In this document: positions 11,166-23,740 of the stretch, in pieces | Numbering within the stretch: the first letter of the stretch is position 1 | Layout: each line of letters starts with the position of its first letter | NCBI GenBank assembly: GCA_963743105.1 | Contig: CAVUOS010000022.1 | Location: 67,044-131,043 of the forward strand | Source: Terriglobia bacterium | GTDB taxonomy: Bacteria > Acidobacteriota > Terriglobia > Terriglobales > Acidobacteriaceae | Direction: 5' to 3' | DNA length: 64,000 nt | The notes under the pieces: model-generated | What the model was told of the DNA's origin: nothing | Databases searched by the model: none | The model's input: only the letters and a program-made list of their open reading frames with translations | Position numbers and translations under genes: made by a program

Positions 11166-12285
11166 TCAGGCGGCCTCGCGAGAGGCCGAATGCGCGTGAA
11201 AGACTTCCGGTTTTTCGTGTGCTGGTCGACGAATTTCCTGTCCTTCATCCGGCCTTTTCTTCTCCCCAGTTAGCTGCGGGATGGCGACCGTTCTCCTCGT
11301 ACGAATCGAGTGATAAATGGCCTCGATGATGCGGATGTCCGCCAGGCCCTCAAGCCCGGACGGCTCGGGCTGCTTGTCCTGCAGAATACAATTCGAGAAG
11401 TAGGTCAGTTCTGCCGCGAACTGGTCACGCTTCGGGAAGCTTCTCGTTCTCTTCTTGCCGTTGAGTGTCACTTCCAGTCGAATGCCTTCCGCATATTCGT
11501 AAGCGGGATCCGCCCGAAGAATGCCCTTGCTCCCCATTACTGTGTAGCGGCTTACATCGGCAGCGCCAAAACTGCAGGTAAACGTAGCCAGCCGCTCTCC
11601 TGGAAAACGCAGCACCGCCGATACCATCTCCTCGACCCGCTGGAACCGTTGATCTTTACCGCTTTCTGCGAGGGCACTAACCTCCAGTGGCTCCGCCCGA
11701 AACAGATAGCGCGCGGCGTTGATGCAATAGACTCCCATGTCATACAAGGGACCGCCGCCCTGGGGAACCGGTTCGGTGATACGAACGTTCTCCTCGGCGA
11801 CCTGTTGTGCAAACTCTGAGCTGAAGAACCGCACATCCCCCAGCTTGCCGTTTTTCGTGAGCTTGATCGCTTCGAGATTTCCCGCCTCAAAGTGGAGACG
11901 ATACGCGATCATGAGCTTCACATGATTCCGGTTCGCGGCCTCGACCATCTGGGTGCAGTCTTGTGTCGTCGGTGCCATCGGTTTTTCGCACAAGACGTGC
12001 ACTCCGGCGGCCGCTGCGCGAACTGCGTACTCGCAATGCAGATGGTTCGGAAGAGCCAGGTACACCGCATCCACATTGGAGAGGGCTCTGCTGTATTCCT
12101 CGTAAGGGTAAAGTTGTTCAAGGCTGTACTTCTTGCCGAGCTTCCGCAACTTTTCCGGATCGCCTGATACGAGAGCGTACAGCTCGGATTTTCGCGCTGT
12201 CTTGAACGCCGGTAACACCGCAACTTGTGCGATGTGACCAAGTCCAACCACGGCGTATCGAACCTTATTCTTGGAGCGATTCATG
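11166..12285 (-). CDS. Gfo/Idh/MocA family oxidoreductase (glucose-fructose oxidoreductase-like)
   Basis: ORF 11166..12395; the ATG at 12285 is preceded by GGAGGG. It has the Rossmann N-terminus VRYAVVGLGHIAQ and the EKPMA motif. Confidence 0.85.
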
Positions 12286-12297
12286 GGCCCTCCAGCA

Positions 12298-12537
12298 TTA
12301 GGCGGCACGGTCTTGCACGGCATTCGGCAAACCGGCGGATTCTGCGCAGTGCGCGCAACAGAATATGTGCTCTCCCACTTCCACCCCGTGACCAATGATT
12401 CGGCACAGGCAGTGGCCGCAAGTCGGCGCTACCGCCTGAATCGCACACTCGAAGCTGTCGAATGTGTGCCGACGTCCCTGAATAACAACCTCAAAGCATT
12501 TGTCGTATTCATTCCCGCACCTTTCACATGTAGGCAC
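12298..12537 (-). CDS. small Cys/His-rich putative metal-binding protein (TRASH/metallothionein-like modules)
   Basis: 3' part of ORF 12298..12801. The GTG at 12537 has AGGAGG 7 nt upstream. Translation: PTCERCGNEYDKCFEVVIQGRRHTFDSFECAIQAVAPTCGHCLCRIIGHGVEVGEHIFCCAHCAE. The stop lies 12 nt before the oxidoreductase start. Confidence 0.5.
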   Translation of the reverse strand: MPTCERCGNEYDKCFEVVIQGRRHTFDSFECAIQAVAPTCGHCLCRIIGHGVEVGEHIFCCAHCAESAGLPNAVQDRAA

Positions 12538-12734
12538 CGGCAATCCTCCTGCAGATCTCGATTTTGAAAACTGACTTGACGTTGGGTGCCTGATGTTGAT
12601 CGGGAGTTGCACAGATCTAATTTGAAAAGGCCCTCGGGAGTTGCCAGCGCTGATCAGGTTCCTTTTGCGCCGGACTAACGAAAGCGCGGTATGGATTGGC
12701 GCCTCGCCCGCTACAAGAATGTGGGTGGGGAAGC

Positions 12735-13904
12735 ATGGGTCAAACGAAGACGGAAGTGGGCAACGGGTCTGATCTGCAGAACACCGAGACCTCCGCCTCA
12801 CAACGGCCGGTAATTCCGGCAGTCGCCGAGCAGTCAGCCGAAGAAGTCGAAGTTCTACAAGCCTCCATCAAGATTGGAACGGTCGCTCAAATCGTCACCG
12901 CTCTCATCGCGATGATCGGACTGCTCTATCTTCTGAAGCTAGTTCTCGTCACCATCTTGGCTTCCATCCTGGTGGCCTATGTTCTCGAACCGGCCGTCGC
13001 GTTGCTGGTTCGTTGGCGATTCCCTCGCTGGTTGGGAGCAGGAGTCGTGGTGACCCTCGCCCTCTTGCTGACGCTTGGCCTTATCTACTTCTCATACAAT
13101 CGGGCCGTCGATTTTGCCAACGAGTTGCCTCAATACACCGCCACTCTGCGCAGAACTGTGAGCAATTTCCGCTCGCGCGCCGACACGCTGGCAAATCAGG
13201 CCCGCGCGGTCGTCGAGTCTCCAAGGGACCGCGAAAAGCCGGTCCCCGTGCGCATCGATCAACCGCATGGCATCGTTCAAATGATCTCTGAAAACAGCGG
13301 TACGATTCTTGACATCCTGATGGCTGTCAGCTTCGCTCCTTTCCTGGTCTATTTTATGCTTGCCTCGAAAGAGCACGTCTATGTCAGTTCGGTGCGTCTT
13401 TTTCCCAGGGATCACCGTCTGTTGGCGCACCGCACCGTTGGGACCATCTCGAATATGATCCGCAGTTTCCTTTTGGCCAATCTCGCAGTTGGCTTGGCAA
13501 GTGGGATCATTTGCGGGATCGTATTCTGGCGATTGGGTATCCAGTACTTCTACTTCATCGGTGTGATCAGCGGATTCGTAACGTTGATTCCTTATCTTGG
13601 TATGTTCCTGGCCCTACTGCCGCCTCTGGCCGGCGGCGCCGGCACCTTGCATCATGGTGGGATCATCACCGTAATCGTAACCGTCATCGGAATTCATGCC
13701 ATCACTATGAATCTGATTTACCCCCGAGTCATCGGGGCCCGTCTTAAACTCAATGCGCTCGCAGTCAGCTTATCTCTCCTGTTCTGGGCCTGGATCTGGG
13801 GAGCTCCCGGCCTCATTCTTGCCATCCCGATCATCGGAGCGCTAAAAATCATCTGCGATCACATCGATCCTCTGCGTGGTTTCGGTTCCTGGCTCGGCGA
13901 CTAG
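12735..13904 (+). CDS. AI-2E family transporter (PerM/UPF0118)
   Basis: ORF 12696..13904. It is a multi-pass membrane protein with the typical C-terminal ...FLALLPPLAGG...IYPRVIGARLKLNALAVSLSLLFWAWIWGAPGLILAIP. Confidence 0.8.
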   Translation: MGQTKTEVGNGSDLQNTETSASQRPVIPAVAEQSAEEVEVLQASIKIGTVAQIVTALIAMIGLLYLLKLVLVTILASILVAYVLEPAVALLVRWRFPRWLGAGVVVTLALLLTLGLIYFSYNRAVDFANELPQYTATLRRTVSNFRSRADTLANQARAVVESPRDREKPVPVRIDQPHGIVQMISENSGTILDILMAVSFAPFLVYFMLASKEHVYVSSVRLFPRDHRLLAHRTVGTISNMIRSFLLANLAVGLASGIICGIVFWRLGIQYFYFIGVISGFVTLIPYLGMFLALLPPLAGGAGTLHHGGIITVIVTVIGIHAITMNLIYPRVIGARLKLNALAVSLSLLFWAWIWGAPGLILAIPIIGALKIICDHIDPLRGFGSWLGD

Positions 13905-14063
13905 CCGTGCTGCGCTGCATGCATATCCCAACCAATACCTACCTCAGATCGAAGACGGAAGTTCATCCCTTGCCCCAGGCGTCGGCACGATCTTGGGGAA
14001 GTCCTATCCAAGAAATTGATAACACCCAACGACAATTCGAATACAACGGCGTCAAGACATCTA

Positions 14064-14092
14064 TTGACGAGGCCCGGCCGCTGCTTTAGAGT
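14064..14092 (+). promoter_or_regulatory. sigma70-like promoter of the leuA-like/ilvBN operon
   Basis: TTGACG (14064-14069), a 17-nt spacer, then TAGAGT (14087-14092). Confidence 0.5.
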
Positions 14093-14124
14093 ATCGGGAC
14101 TGCGTAAGAACGATTTTTTCCCAA

Positions 14125-14241
14125 ATGGAATTACGAGCGTCCAACACGAAGCGAGTTCTATGCGAGGAACGACTGCGTCTACTCGCCCTTAGTGTGGCCA
14201 TTCTTGGCCTGGTGCTTGCACCCCTAGGACGCGTCGGATGA
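14125..14241 (+). promoter_or_regulatory. candidate branched-chain amino-acid leader peptide ORF
   Basis: 38-codon ORF MELRASNTKRVLCEERLRLLALSVAILGLVLAPLGRVG, with a Leu/Val/Ile-dense stretch, lying between the promoter and the terminator hairpin. There is no clear SD sequence. Confidence 0.3.
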
Positions 14242-14273
14242 TATAGCCATAATAAAGAGGCATTCTCAGTAAG

Positions 14274-14310
14274 GGCCATCATCCACAACCGATGATGGCC
14301 TTTTCGTTTT
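14274..14310 (+). terminator. attenuator-type intrinsic terminator in the 5' leader of the leuA-like/ilvBN operon
   Basis: A perfect 10-bp stem GGCCATCATC/GATGATGGCC (14274-14283 and 14291-14300) with a 7-nt loop, followed by TTTTCGTTTT, about 50 nt before the leuA-like start. Confidence 0.7.
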
Positions 14311-14358
14311 GCGGGCAAAGGTTTGTATTTGGACCCTTGTTACACCGGGAGGACCAAC

Positions 14359-15711
14359 TTGATTGGAGCAGAAGAGATAAAGATATTCGACACTACGCTG
14401 CGCGATGGGGAGCAATCTCCTGGATGCAGCATGACCGCCGATGAGAAACTCCGCATGGCGCGCCAGCTTGACCGCCTGGGCGTAGATGTAATCGAGGCTG
14501 GATTCCCCATTTCCTCCGAAGGCGATTTCCACTCCGTGCAGCTTGTGGCCCACGAGATTTGCCGGCCCGTGATCGCCGCTCTGGCTCGCTGTTGCCGCGC
14601 CGACATCGAGCGTGCCTGGCAGGCGCTCAAGGGAGCTGTTCACCCTCGTATCCACACCTTCCTGGCCACCTCGGATATTCATCTGCAACACAAGCTCAAG
14701 CTCTCACGCCGCGAATGCCTGGAACAAGCGCGTGACTCAGTGGCCTTCGCTAAGTCTCTCTGCGAAGACGTAGAATTCTCGCCGGAGGACGCTACCCGTT
14801 CGGATCCGGATTTCCTTTGCGATGTGCTGCGAGCGACAATCGAGGCTGGGGCAACTACTGTCAACATTCCCGACACGGTGGGGTTCGCAGTCCCGTCTGA
14901 GTTCGCCGATCTGATTCGGACCATCCGGCGGCAAGTACCCGGCATCGAGCAGATAACCGTTTCGGTGCACTGCCACAACGACCTGGGTCTTGCCGTGGCA
15001 AACTCCCTCGCAGCGGTCAATGCTGGAGCACGGCAAATAGAATGCACAATCAATGGCATCGGAGAACGGGCCGGCAATGCCTCGCTGGAAGAAGTTGTGA
15101 TGGCCATGCGTGTCCGCCCTGACCGCTACCCGCAGCGCACGGTCGTCGTCAGCGAGCAGCTTTTCCCAGCGAGCCAGTTGTTAACCGAAATCACGGGAGT
15201 GCCGGTGCAGCCCAACAAGGCAATCATTGGCCGCAACGCCTTCGCGCATGAAGCGGGCATCCATCAGGATGGCATGATCAAAAACCCATTGACCTATGAA
15301 ATCATGACTCCGCAATCCGTCGGGGTTCCCAGCACGCGTCTCGTCCTCGGCAAACACTCTGGACGTCATGCCCTCGGGCTGCGCTGCGAAGAACTGGGTT
15401 TCCGGTTGGACCGGCACGAGCTTGATCAGGTCTACCGTCATTTCATCGCGCTGGCCGACGCCATGAAGGCGGTCGAGGACAGGCACATCCTGGAACTCAT
15501 CCGGCAGTTGCGACTGGCGTGTTCGCGCCCGAGCATCGCTGCAGAACCGCCACACGCTTCCACCATCAACTCGAGCAATGCTACCAGCCATCTGCTTCCG
15601 GATCTTGCGCCCGGGGATCTTTTCCAGGATGCTAACGGCCGGAAGGCACCTCCCATGGCACCGGGTCCGCATGAAAATGAGCAGCAGGAAGACTATCTTT
15701 GGGGAGTGTAG
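14359..15711 (+). CDS. 2-isopropylmalate synthase / citramalate synthase family (short form lacking the C-terminal regulatory domain)
   Basis: ORF 14323..15711; the TTG at 14359 has GGAGG 6 nt upstream. Motifs: [14 protein letters not shown] and [17 protein letters not shown]. The C-terminal roughly 70 aa are low complexity rather than a LeuA dimer/regulatory domain. Confidence 0.8.
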   Translation: MIGAEEIKIFDTTLRDGEQSPGCSMTADEKLRMARQLDRLGVDVIEAGFPISSEGDFHSVQLVAHEICRPVIAALARCCRADIERAWQALKGAVHPRIHTFLATSDIHLQHKLKLSRRECLEQARDSVAFAKSLCEDVEFSPEDATRSDPDFLCDVLRATIEAGATTVNIPDTVGFAVPSEFADLIRTIRRQVPGIEQITVSVHCHNDLGLAVANSLAAVNAGARQIECTINGIGERAGNASLEEVVMAMRVRPDRYPQRTVVVSEQLFPASQLLTEITGVPVQPNKAIIGRNAFAHEAGIHQDGMIKNPLTYEIMTPQSVGVPSTRLVLGKHSGRHALGLRCEELGFRLDRHELDQVYRHFIALADAMKAVEDRHILELIRQLRLACSRPSIAAEPPHASTINSSNATSHLLPDLAPGDLFQDANGRKAPPMAPGPHENEQQEDYLWGV

Positions 15712-15773
15712 TATCGGCCAGGGTTGACACAGATACAATCAGCACGAAGCAGCAGTCAGAGGACCTTGCAACC

Positions 15774-17486
15774 ATGATGAAAACTGGAGCGCAGATTCTT
15801 TGGGAATGCCTGGAGCACGAAGGGGTAACTCACGTCTTCGGATACCCCGGCGGCGCTATCCTGCCAGCTTACGATGCCCTCAAGTACAGCAAGATTCATC
15901 ACGTGCTGGTGCGGCATGAGCAGGGCGCCACTCACATGGCGGATGGTTACGCCCGCGCCGGCGGACAAGTAGGTGTCGCCGTGGCGACCTCCGGTCCTGG
16001 CGCCACCAACATGGTGACCGGCATCGCCACCGCAATGTTGGACTCTTCCCCCGTCGTCTGTATCACCGGTCAGGTGGGAAGCAAGCTGATCGGCTCCGAT
16101 GCCTTTCAGGAAACTGACATCACAGGCATCACTCTGCCCATCACCAAACACAATTATCTGGTAACGCGGGCCGATGAACTCGCACGCACGCTGCGCGAAG
16201 CGTTTTATGTCGCTCGCTCGGGCCGCCCCGGCCCGGTCCTTGTGGACATCACCAAGGACGCCCAACAGTCCTCGTGCGAGTTCGACTGGGAAGCCGCAAA
16301 ACCGCAATTGCCGGGCTATCGTCCCGATCTGTCTCCCGCTCCCGAGGAATACGAACAAGCGTTGGAGTTGATCCACAACTCCAAGCGTCCGGTAATCCTG
16401 TTAGGCCACGGTGCGATCGTATCCGGTGCAACCCGCGAAGTGCGCGATTTGGCCGAGCGTGCCGGCATCCCGGTAGCACTCACCCTGCTGGGCCTCGGTG
16501 CGCTTCCCGCTTCTCACCCGCTCAACCTGGGCATGATGGGAATGCACGGCGAAGCCTGGGTAAACCACACCATTCAAGAGGCCGACTTGCTCATCGCGCT
16601 CGGCATGCGCTTCGACGACCGCGTCACCGGGACCTTGAAAACTTACGCGCCCAATGCCAAAAAGATTCATGTCGAGATCGATCCAGCTGAGATCAATAAG
16701 AACGTGAAGGTTGATGTGGCGTTGGTTGGCGATCTGCGGGAAGTCCTGCATGCAATTTTGCCGAAAATTGAATCCCTTGATCGTAGTGAGTGGCTGCATT
16801 TTATCGATGGGCTGAGAGGCGACTCGGCAGTCCGCGACATTCAGAATCTCCCCGACAGTGGCCATCTCTACGCCGCGCATGTCATCAACGATCTTTGGCG
16901 GGAAACGCGAGGCAGCAACGCCGTGGTCGTGACCGACGTGGGCCAGCACCAAATGTGGGAGGCACAGTACTACAAGCACGAGGAACCGCGTTCTCTCATC
17001 ACCTCCGGAGGCCTGGGGACGATGGGATTTGCCCTGCCCGCTGCGATCGGAGCTAAGGTCGCGCGCCCTGAGGCAGAGGTCTGGGTGGTCGTCGGAGACG
17101 GTGGCTTTCAGATGACCATGTGCGAACTCGCGACAGTCGTGCAGGAGAATCTCAAGATCAACATTGCGATCATCAACAACGGCTTTCTGGGAATGGTCCG
17201 GCAGTGGCAGGAATTCTTCTATGAACGCAACTACCAGGCTACCCCGTTGCTGAACCCGGATTTCGCCAAGGTTGCCGAGGCCTACGGAATTCGGAACGCG
17301 ACCGTAACCCAGCGCAATCAGGTCGTGCCCGCAGTTCAATCGGCCCGTCAGCACGATGGACCAGTGCTGATCAATTTCCAGGTAGAGCAGGAAGACACCG
17401 TCTATCCGATGGTTGCAGCGGGGGCCGCATTGCACGAGATGATCCGGCGCCCGAGTCCAATCGTGGAAACTGCTGCCGACGAGTAA
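15774..17486 (+). CDS. ilvB: acetolactate synthase (biosynthetic), large subunit
   Basis: ORF 15699..17486, with ATG at 15774 (MMKTGAQILWECLEHEGVTHVFGYPGG). It has the ThDP motif GGLGTMGFALPAAIGA...GDGGFQM. Confidence 0.9.
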   Translation: MMKTGAQILWECLEHEGVTHVFGYPGGAILPAYDALKYSKIHHVLVRHEQGATHMADGYARAGGQVGVAVATSGPGATNMVTGIATAMLDSSPVVCITGQVGSKLIGSDAFQETDITGITLPITKHNYLVTRADELARTLREAFYVARSGRPGPVLVDITKDAQQSSCEFDWEAAKPQLPGYRPDLSPAPEEYEQALELIHNSKRPVILLGHGAIVSGATREVRDLAERAGIPVALTLLGLGALPASHPLNLGMMGMHGEAWVNHTIQEADLLIALGMRFDDRVTGTLKTYAPNAKKIHVEIDPAEINKNVKVDVALVGDLREVLHAILPKIESLDRSEWLHFIDGLRGDSAVRDIQNLPDSGHLYAAHVINDLWRETRGSNAVVVTDVGQHQMWEAQYYKHEEPRSLITSGGLGTMGFALPAAIGAKVARPEAEVWVVVGDGGFQMTMCELATVVQENLKINIAIINNGFLGMVRQWQEFFYERNYQATPLLNPDFAKVAEAYGIRNATVTQRNQVVPAVQSARQHDGPVLINFQVEQEDTVYPMVAAGAALHEMIRRPSPIVETAADE

Positions 17487-17506
17487 ACCAAAGCGACTAG
17501 CCCAAT

Positions 17507-18058
17507 ATGCTCAACACATTCGTGGTATACGTCGAAAACAAGCCAGGCGTGCTGACCCGGGTGGCATCGCTGTTTCGCCGCCGCGCCTTCAACATCGACT
17601 CGCTTACCGTGGGGCGCACGGAAAAGCCGGAACTGTCGCGCATGACCATCACCATCGATGCCGACCGCGACCAGGCGCGCCGCATTGAAGCCAACCTGTA
17701 CAAACTTGTGAACGTGCTGCTAGTCGAGAACATCACCACCGCACCGGCGATCGTGCGCGATCTGGCCATGATCAAAGTCGCGGCTACCCACGAGGCACGC
17801 TCCCACGTGTTAGAACTGGCCAGCGTTTTCCGGGCGCGGGTGGTGGATGTTGCGCCCGAGTCCCTGATCATCGAAATCACGGGTGGCGAAGACAAGATCG
17901 ACGGTCTGCTCGAAGTGCTTCGTCCTTACGGCGTCCTGGAAATGGTGCGCACCGGAATCGTCGCTATGCGACGTGGAAGCAAACCCTCCGCCCCGCTGTC
18001 ATCACTCGAAGCGCCTGATCAGGCCGTGACTGATGACGACCTCTCGCAGTCGGTGTAG
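17507..18058 (+). CDS. ilvN: acetolactate synthase small (regulatory) subunit
   Basis: The ACT-domain N-terminus LNTFVVYVENKPGVLTRVASLFRRRAFNIDSLTVG is typical of IlvN/IlvH, and the gene lies directly after ilvB. Confidence 0.9.
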   Translation: MLNTFVVYVENKPGVLTRVASLFRRRAFNIDSLTVGRTEKPELSRMTITIDADRDQARRIEANLYKLVNVLLVENITTAPAIVRDLAMIKVAATHEARSHVLELASVFRARVVDVAPESLIIEITGGEDKIDGLLEVLRPYGVLEMVRTGIVAMRRGSKPSAPLSSLEAPDQAVTDDDLSQSV

Positions 18059-18199
18059 CGTAACTGAGGGTCTCTTTCGAAGCGGGGTCGATCGTCTTGG
18101 CCAGACGGCCATTGGAGATTCGCTCGTAAAGTAAAAATCATCCGTGCGCCGACTCGCAGAATCAATAACAGGAACCAACTTCTTCTTCGAGGTGCTCGC

Positions 18200-19325
18200 A
18201 TGCAACTCAAGCCCTTCCTGCTCGATGCCTGGCTCGACCAGTACGAACACGACATAGAATTCAACCTCGCCGCGAGCACCGGACCGACCTGGACCGTAAA
18301 CGACATCCTCGCCCTCGCCGACGACGAAACGCGCCACCGCTTCCTGAACCACAACCTGGTCTACGGCCGCCCCGCCGGCGCCGACAGTCTGCGTGAGGCG
18401 ATCGCTGAAATGCAGCGTGTCCCGGTAGAGGCCGTCCAAATCGTGACCGGCGCCTCCGAGGCGCTCGTGGCCCTGATGTGGCTGGCCGCCGAGCCCGGCG
18501 CGAACGTAATCATCCCGCTGCCTGGATTCACTACTTTCTCGGCGCTCCCGGAATCTCTTGGCCTGGAAACCCGCTTCTATCGCGTGCGCCGCGAGAACGG
18601 CTTCCGCATCGATCCCGACGAGATCAAGCGGCTCGCCGACTCGAAGACCAAGCTCATCCTGGTCAACAGCCCGCACAACCCCACGGGCGCGACCATCGGC
18701 GACGACGAAATGGAAGCCCTGCACGACTTCACCGCCGAGCGCGGAATCCAGCTGGTGAGTGACGAGGTCTACCATCCCATCTACCACGGAAGGCAAACGA
18801 AATCGGCGGCGCGCCTGCCGCACGCCACCGTGATCGCCGACCTGTCGAAGGCATTTTCGATTGCCGGCGTGCGCACGGGATGGATGATCGAGCACGACGC
18901 CCAGCGCCGCCAGCAATACTGGAACGCGCGCGCCTACTTCTCGATCTGCAACACGCACCACCGGAGAAATTCTTTCGGAAATCGCAATCCGCAAACGTGA
19001 CGTCGTGCTCGGCAAGACCCAGGAAGCCGCCACCCGAAACCTCAAGCTCCTCGAGCGCTTCATGGCGGACCATCGCGACGTACTCGGCTGGATTCCGCCG
19101 CAAGGTGGCATGACCGCGTTCCCCTGGCTGGTGAGCGGAGAGAACGACCGCCCGTTCTGCCAGGCCGCCACCGAGCGTGGAATCCTGCTGGCTCCCGGCG
19201 ATTGCTTCGATGCGCCCTCGCATTTCCGCCTGGGCTTTGCCGCCGCCGGAGACAATTTCTCCAAGGCGCTCGACCGCTTCGGAGCATTCGTAAAGAGCTG
19301 GTCGGCGAAGATGGTCAGTGTATGA
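18200..19325 (+). CDS. class I/II pyridoxal-phosphate-dependent aminotransferase (frame interrupted once near 18940-18960)
   Basis: ORFs 18200..19000 and 19005..19325. Motifs: LVNSPHNPTG and SKAFSIAGVRTGW. The second frame, read upstream, gives TGEILSEIAIRKRDVVLGKTQEAA and continues the protein. Confidence 0.75.
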
Positions 19326-19595
19326 CGGTTACAGCATGACCCGAAATTCCTGCGACTAGACCAACTTCAATTGTTGTCATTCCCACGCCGGAGCGAAGCG
19401 GAGGCGAGGAATCTGCTGTTCGGCTTGTGCCCTGGAAGCAGTCGCCCCCCGCACATGCGTCAGTAATCAAGCAACTTTACCCGCGCAGAACTCATCTTCA
19501 ACATGACGTTTCTTGACTTGGCGAGACGCGGCGCGTCGCTCTATCTTCAAGTCACAGGACGAACGAGGGCATGCCCAAGCCCAGTCAAGGACAGA

Positions 19596-21750
<2,155 letters not shown>

Positions 21751-21761
<11 letters not shown>

Positions 21762-23583
21762 GCACGCCATGCCCTTCGGGGCTGAAGTCCTCCCCGATGG
21801 CAGTGTGCGCTTCCGTTTGTGGGCGCCCAATGCTAAGCGCGTTACGCTGTGTCTCGAAAATGGCCGCCGAGGGACTCACCTTCTACTTCCCCTCGAAAAT
21901 GGCTGGTTTGAGAGGATCTCTCCCGAAGCAACGGCTGGCTCGCTCTATCGCTTTCAAATTGACGACAGAGTTGAATTCCCCGATCCCGCTTCGCGGTTTC
22001 AGCCTCAGGATATCAACGGTCCCAGCGAGGTAGTGGACCCCACTGCATTTCAGTGGAACGATGAGCATTGGCGAGGCCGCCCCTGGGAAGAAGCTGTCAT
22101 TTACGAACTGCACGTGGGAACCTTTAGCCCCGAAGGAACATTCCGCGGCATAGAACAGAAGCTCGAATACCTTCGGGATCTCGGCATCACCGCCGTGGAA
22201 CTCATGCCTCTCGCCGATTTTCCTGGCGCCCGAAATTGGGGATACGATGGCGTCTTACTTTTCGCGCCCGACAGTTCGTACGGTCGTCCCGAAGACCTCA
22301 AGCAACTCGTGCAGGCCGCCCACGCCAAAGGTCTGATGATTTTTCTCGATGTCGTGTATAACCACTTCGGACCTGAGGGAAATTACCTGCACCTGTATGC
22401 GCCGCAGTTTTTCACCAATCGTCACCGCACGCCTTGGGGAGACGCCATCAACTTCGACGGGCCTGAAAGCCGCGTCGTGCGGGATTTCTTCATCCACAAT
22501 GCGCTCTATTGGCTCGAGGAATATAAGTTCGATGGCTTGCGTCTCGACGCCGTGCACGCAATCGTTGATGAGTCGACTCCAGATTTCCTCACCGAACTAG
22601 CACAAGCGGTGCGTGAACGATTCGGCGCGGAAAGATTTATCCACCTCGTCGTCGAAAATGTCGACAACACCGCCCGTTACTTGAGTCGAGACCAGGCTGG
22701 CAGCGCTCGATTGTATGACGCACAGTGGAACGACGATATTCACCACTGCCTGCACGTACTGCTGACCGGCGAAACTGACGGATACTACTCCGACTATGCC
22801 CCCGATCCGGTGCGCTACCTTTGCCGCTGTTTGAGAGAAGGCTTCGCCTATCAAGGCGACTACTCCGAGTATCACGGCGAGAACCGCGGCGAACCCAGCG
22901 CCCACCTGCCCCCCTCTGCCTTCATTTCCTTCTTGCAGAATCACGATCAGATCGGAAACCGCGCCTTCGGCGAAAGAATCGCCCAACTCGCCGATCCGCC
23001 CGCCCTGAAGGCGGTGGTGGAAATTCTGCTCCTGGCACCGCCTCCGCCATTGATATTCATGGGTGAGGAGTTTGGCGCTTCCTCGCCGTTCTTTTTCTTC
23101 TGTGATTTCCACGGCGATTTGGCCGCCGCCGTCACCAACGGAAGAAGAAACGAATTCGCCCGCTTCGCCAGATTCAATTCCCCCGATGTGCGCGAGTCCA
23201 TCCCCGACCCCAATGACGAGAACACGTACCTGCAATCCAAGCTGAACTGGGATAGCTTGCGACCCAACGTTCACGCCGACTGGCTGAATCTCTACCGCGG
23301 ATTGCTCGCCCTGCGCCATAGCAAAGTCGTTCCGCATCTTGGAACAACCTGCGTAACCAGATGCGAGGCGTCTGAAGGGAGGGACCACAAGCTGTCATTC
23401 GAATGGGTTTTTGACGATGGCGCCCGACTGGAACTCCGGGCCAACCTCGGCAACGAAACGGTCTCCATCTCACGCGGGCAGCCAACTCCGCCGTTTTACG
23501 CCAGCACCCCTGAGGCCGCCTCAGCGTTCGAGAACGGCTCGCTGCCGCCCTGGTCGGTCGTGTGGTTAGAGCTTGTTTCGTAA
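21751..23583 (+). CDS. treZ: malto-oligosyltrehalose trehalohydrolase
   Basis: ORF 21724..23583. Motifs: [49 protein letters not shown] and [12 protein letters not shown]. The start overlaps the glgX stop (an alternative ATG is at 21769). Confidence 0.9.
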
Positions 23584-23740
23584 GCGTTCTTGAAAGCGCG
23601 CGGCTTTAGACGCGCCGTTCAAGTCTGGGGACGACTCGGCTTTAGCCGCGATCCTGGTGGAAGTGCGGCGCTTCAGCGCAGCGTCAGATGCGAAGAGAGA
23701 CGTGGCTTTAGCCCCTGAGGAACTCGCTGGCTCCGTTTAT
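23584..23740. repeat. intergenic repeat cluster with three GGCTTTAG cores
   Basis: GGCTTTAG occurs at 23602-23609, 23638-23645 and 23704-23711, inside the 327-nt spacer between treZ and treY. Confidence 0.5.

Noticed and set aside
13907-14089. 60-aa ORF between the AI-2E transporter gene and the ilv promoter.
   Set aside because: It has no SD and an unremarkable composition, and it overlaps the predicted promoter. It is likely non-coding.
18002-19264. Very long ORFs antisense to, or out of frame with, real genes. Examples: 18002..19264(-), 16401..17435(-), 22597..23388(-), 26841..27785(-), 45208..46068(-), 51995..52864(+), 53584..54744(+), 36365..37132(+), 32176..32851(-).
   Set aside because: Their translations are Arg/Ala/Gly/Pro-rich and low in complexity. 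They overlap genes with clear family motifs on the other strand or frame. They are the usual shadow ORFs of GC-rich DNA.
19365-19420. TGTCATTCC...GAGGAATC motif, also at about 33739-33765 and on the minus strand at about 35500-35535, as a third repeat family.
   Set aside because: The copies share only about 10-12 nt and are too short and divergent for me to align reliably by eye. I note it here and do not annotate it.
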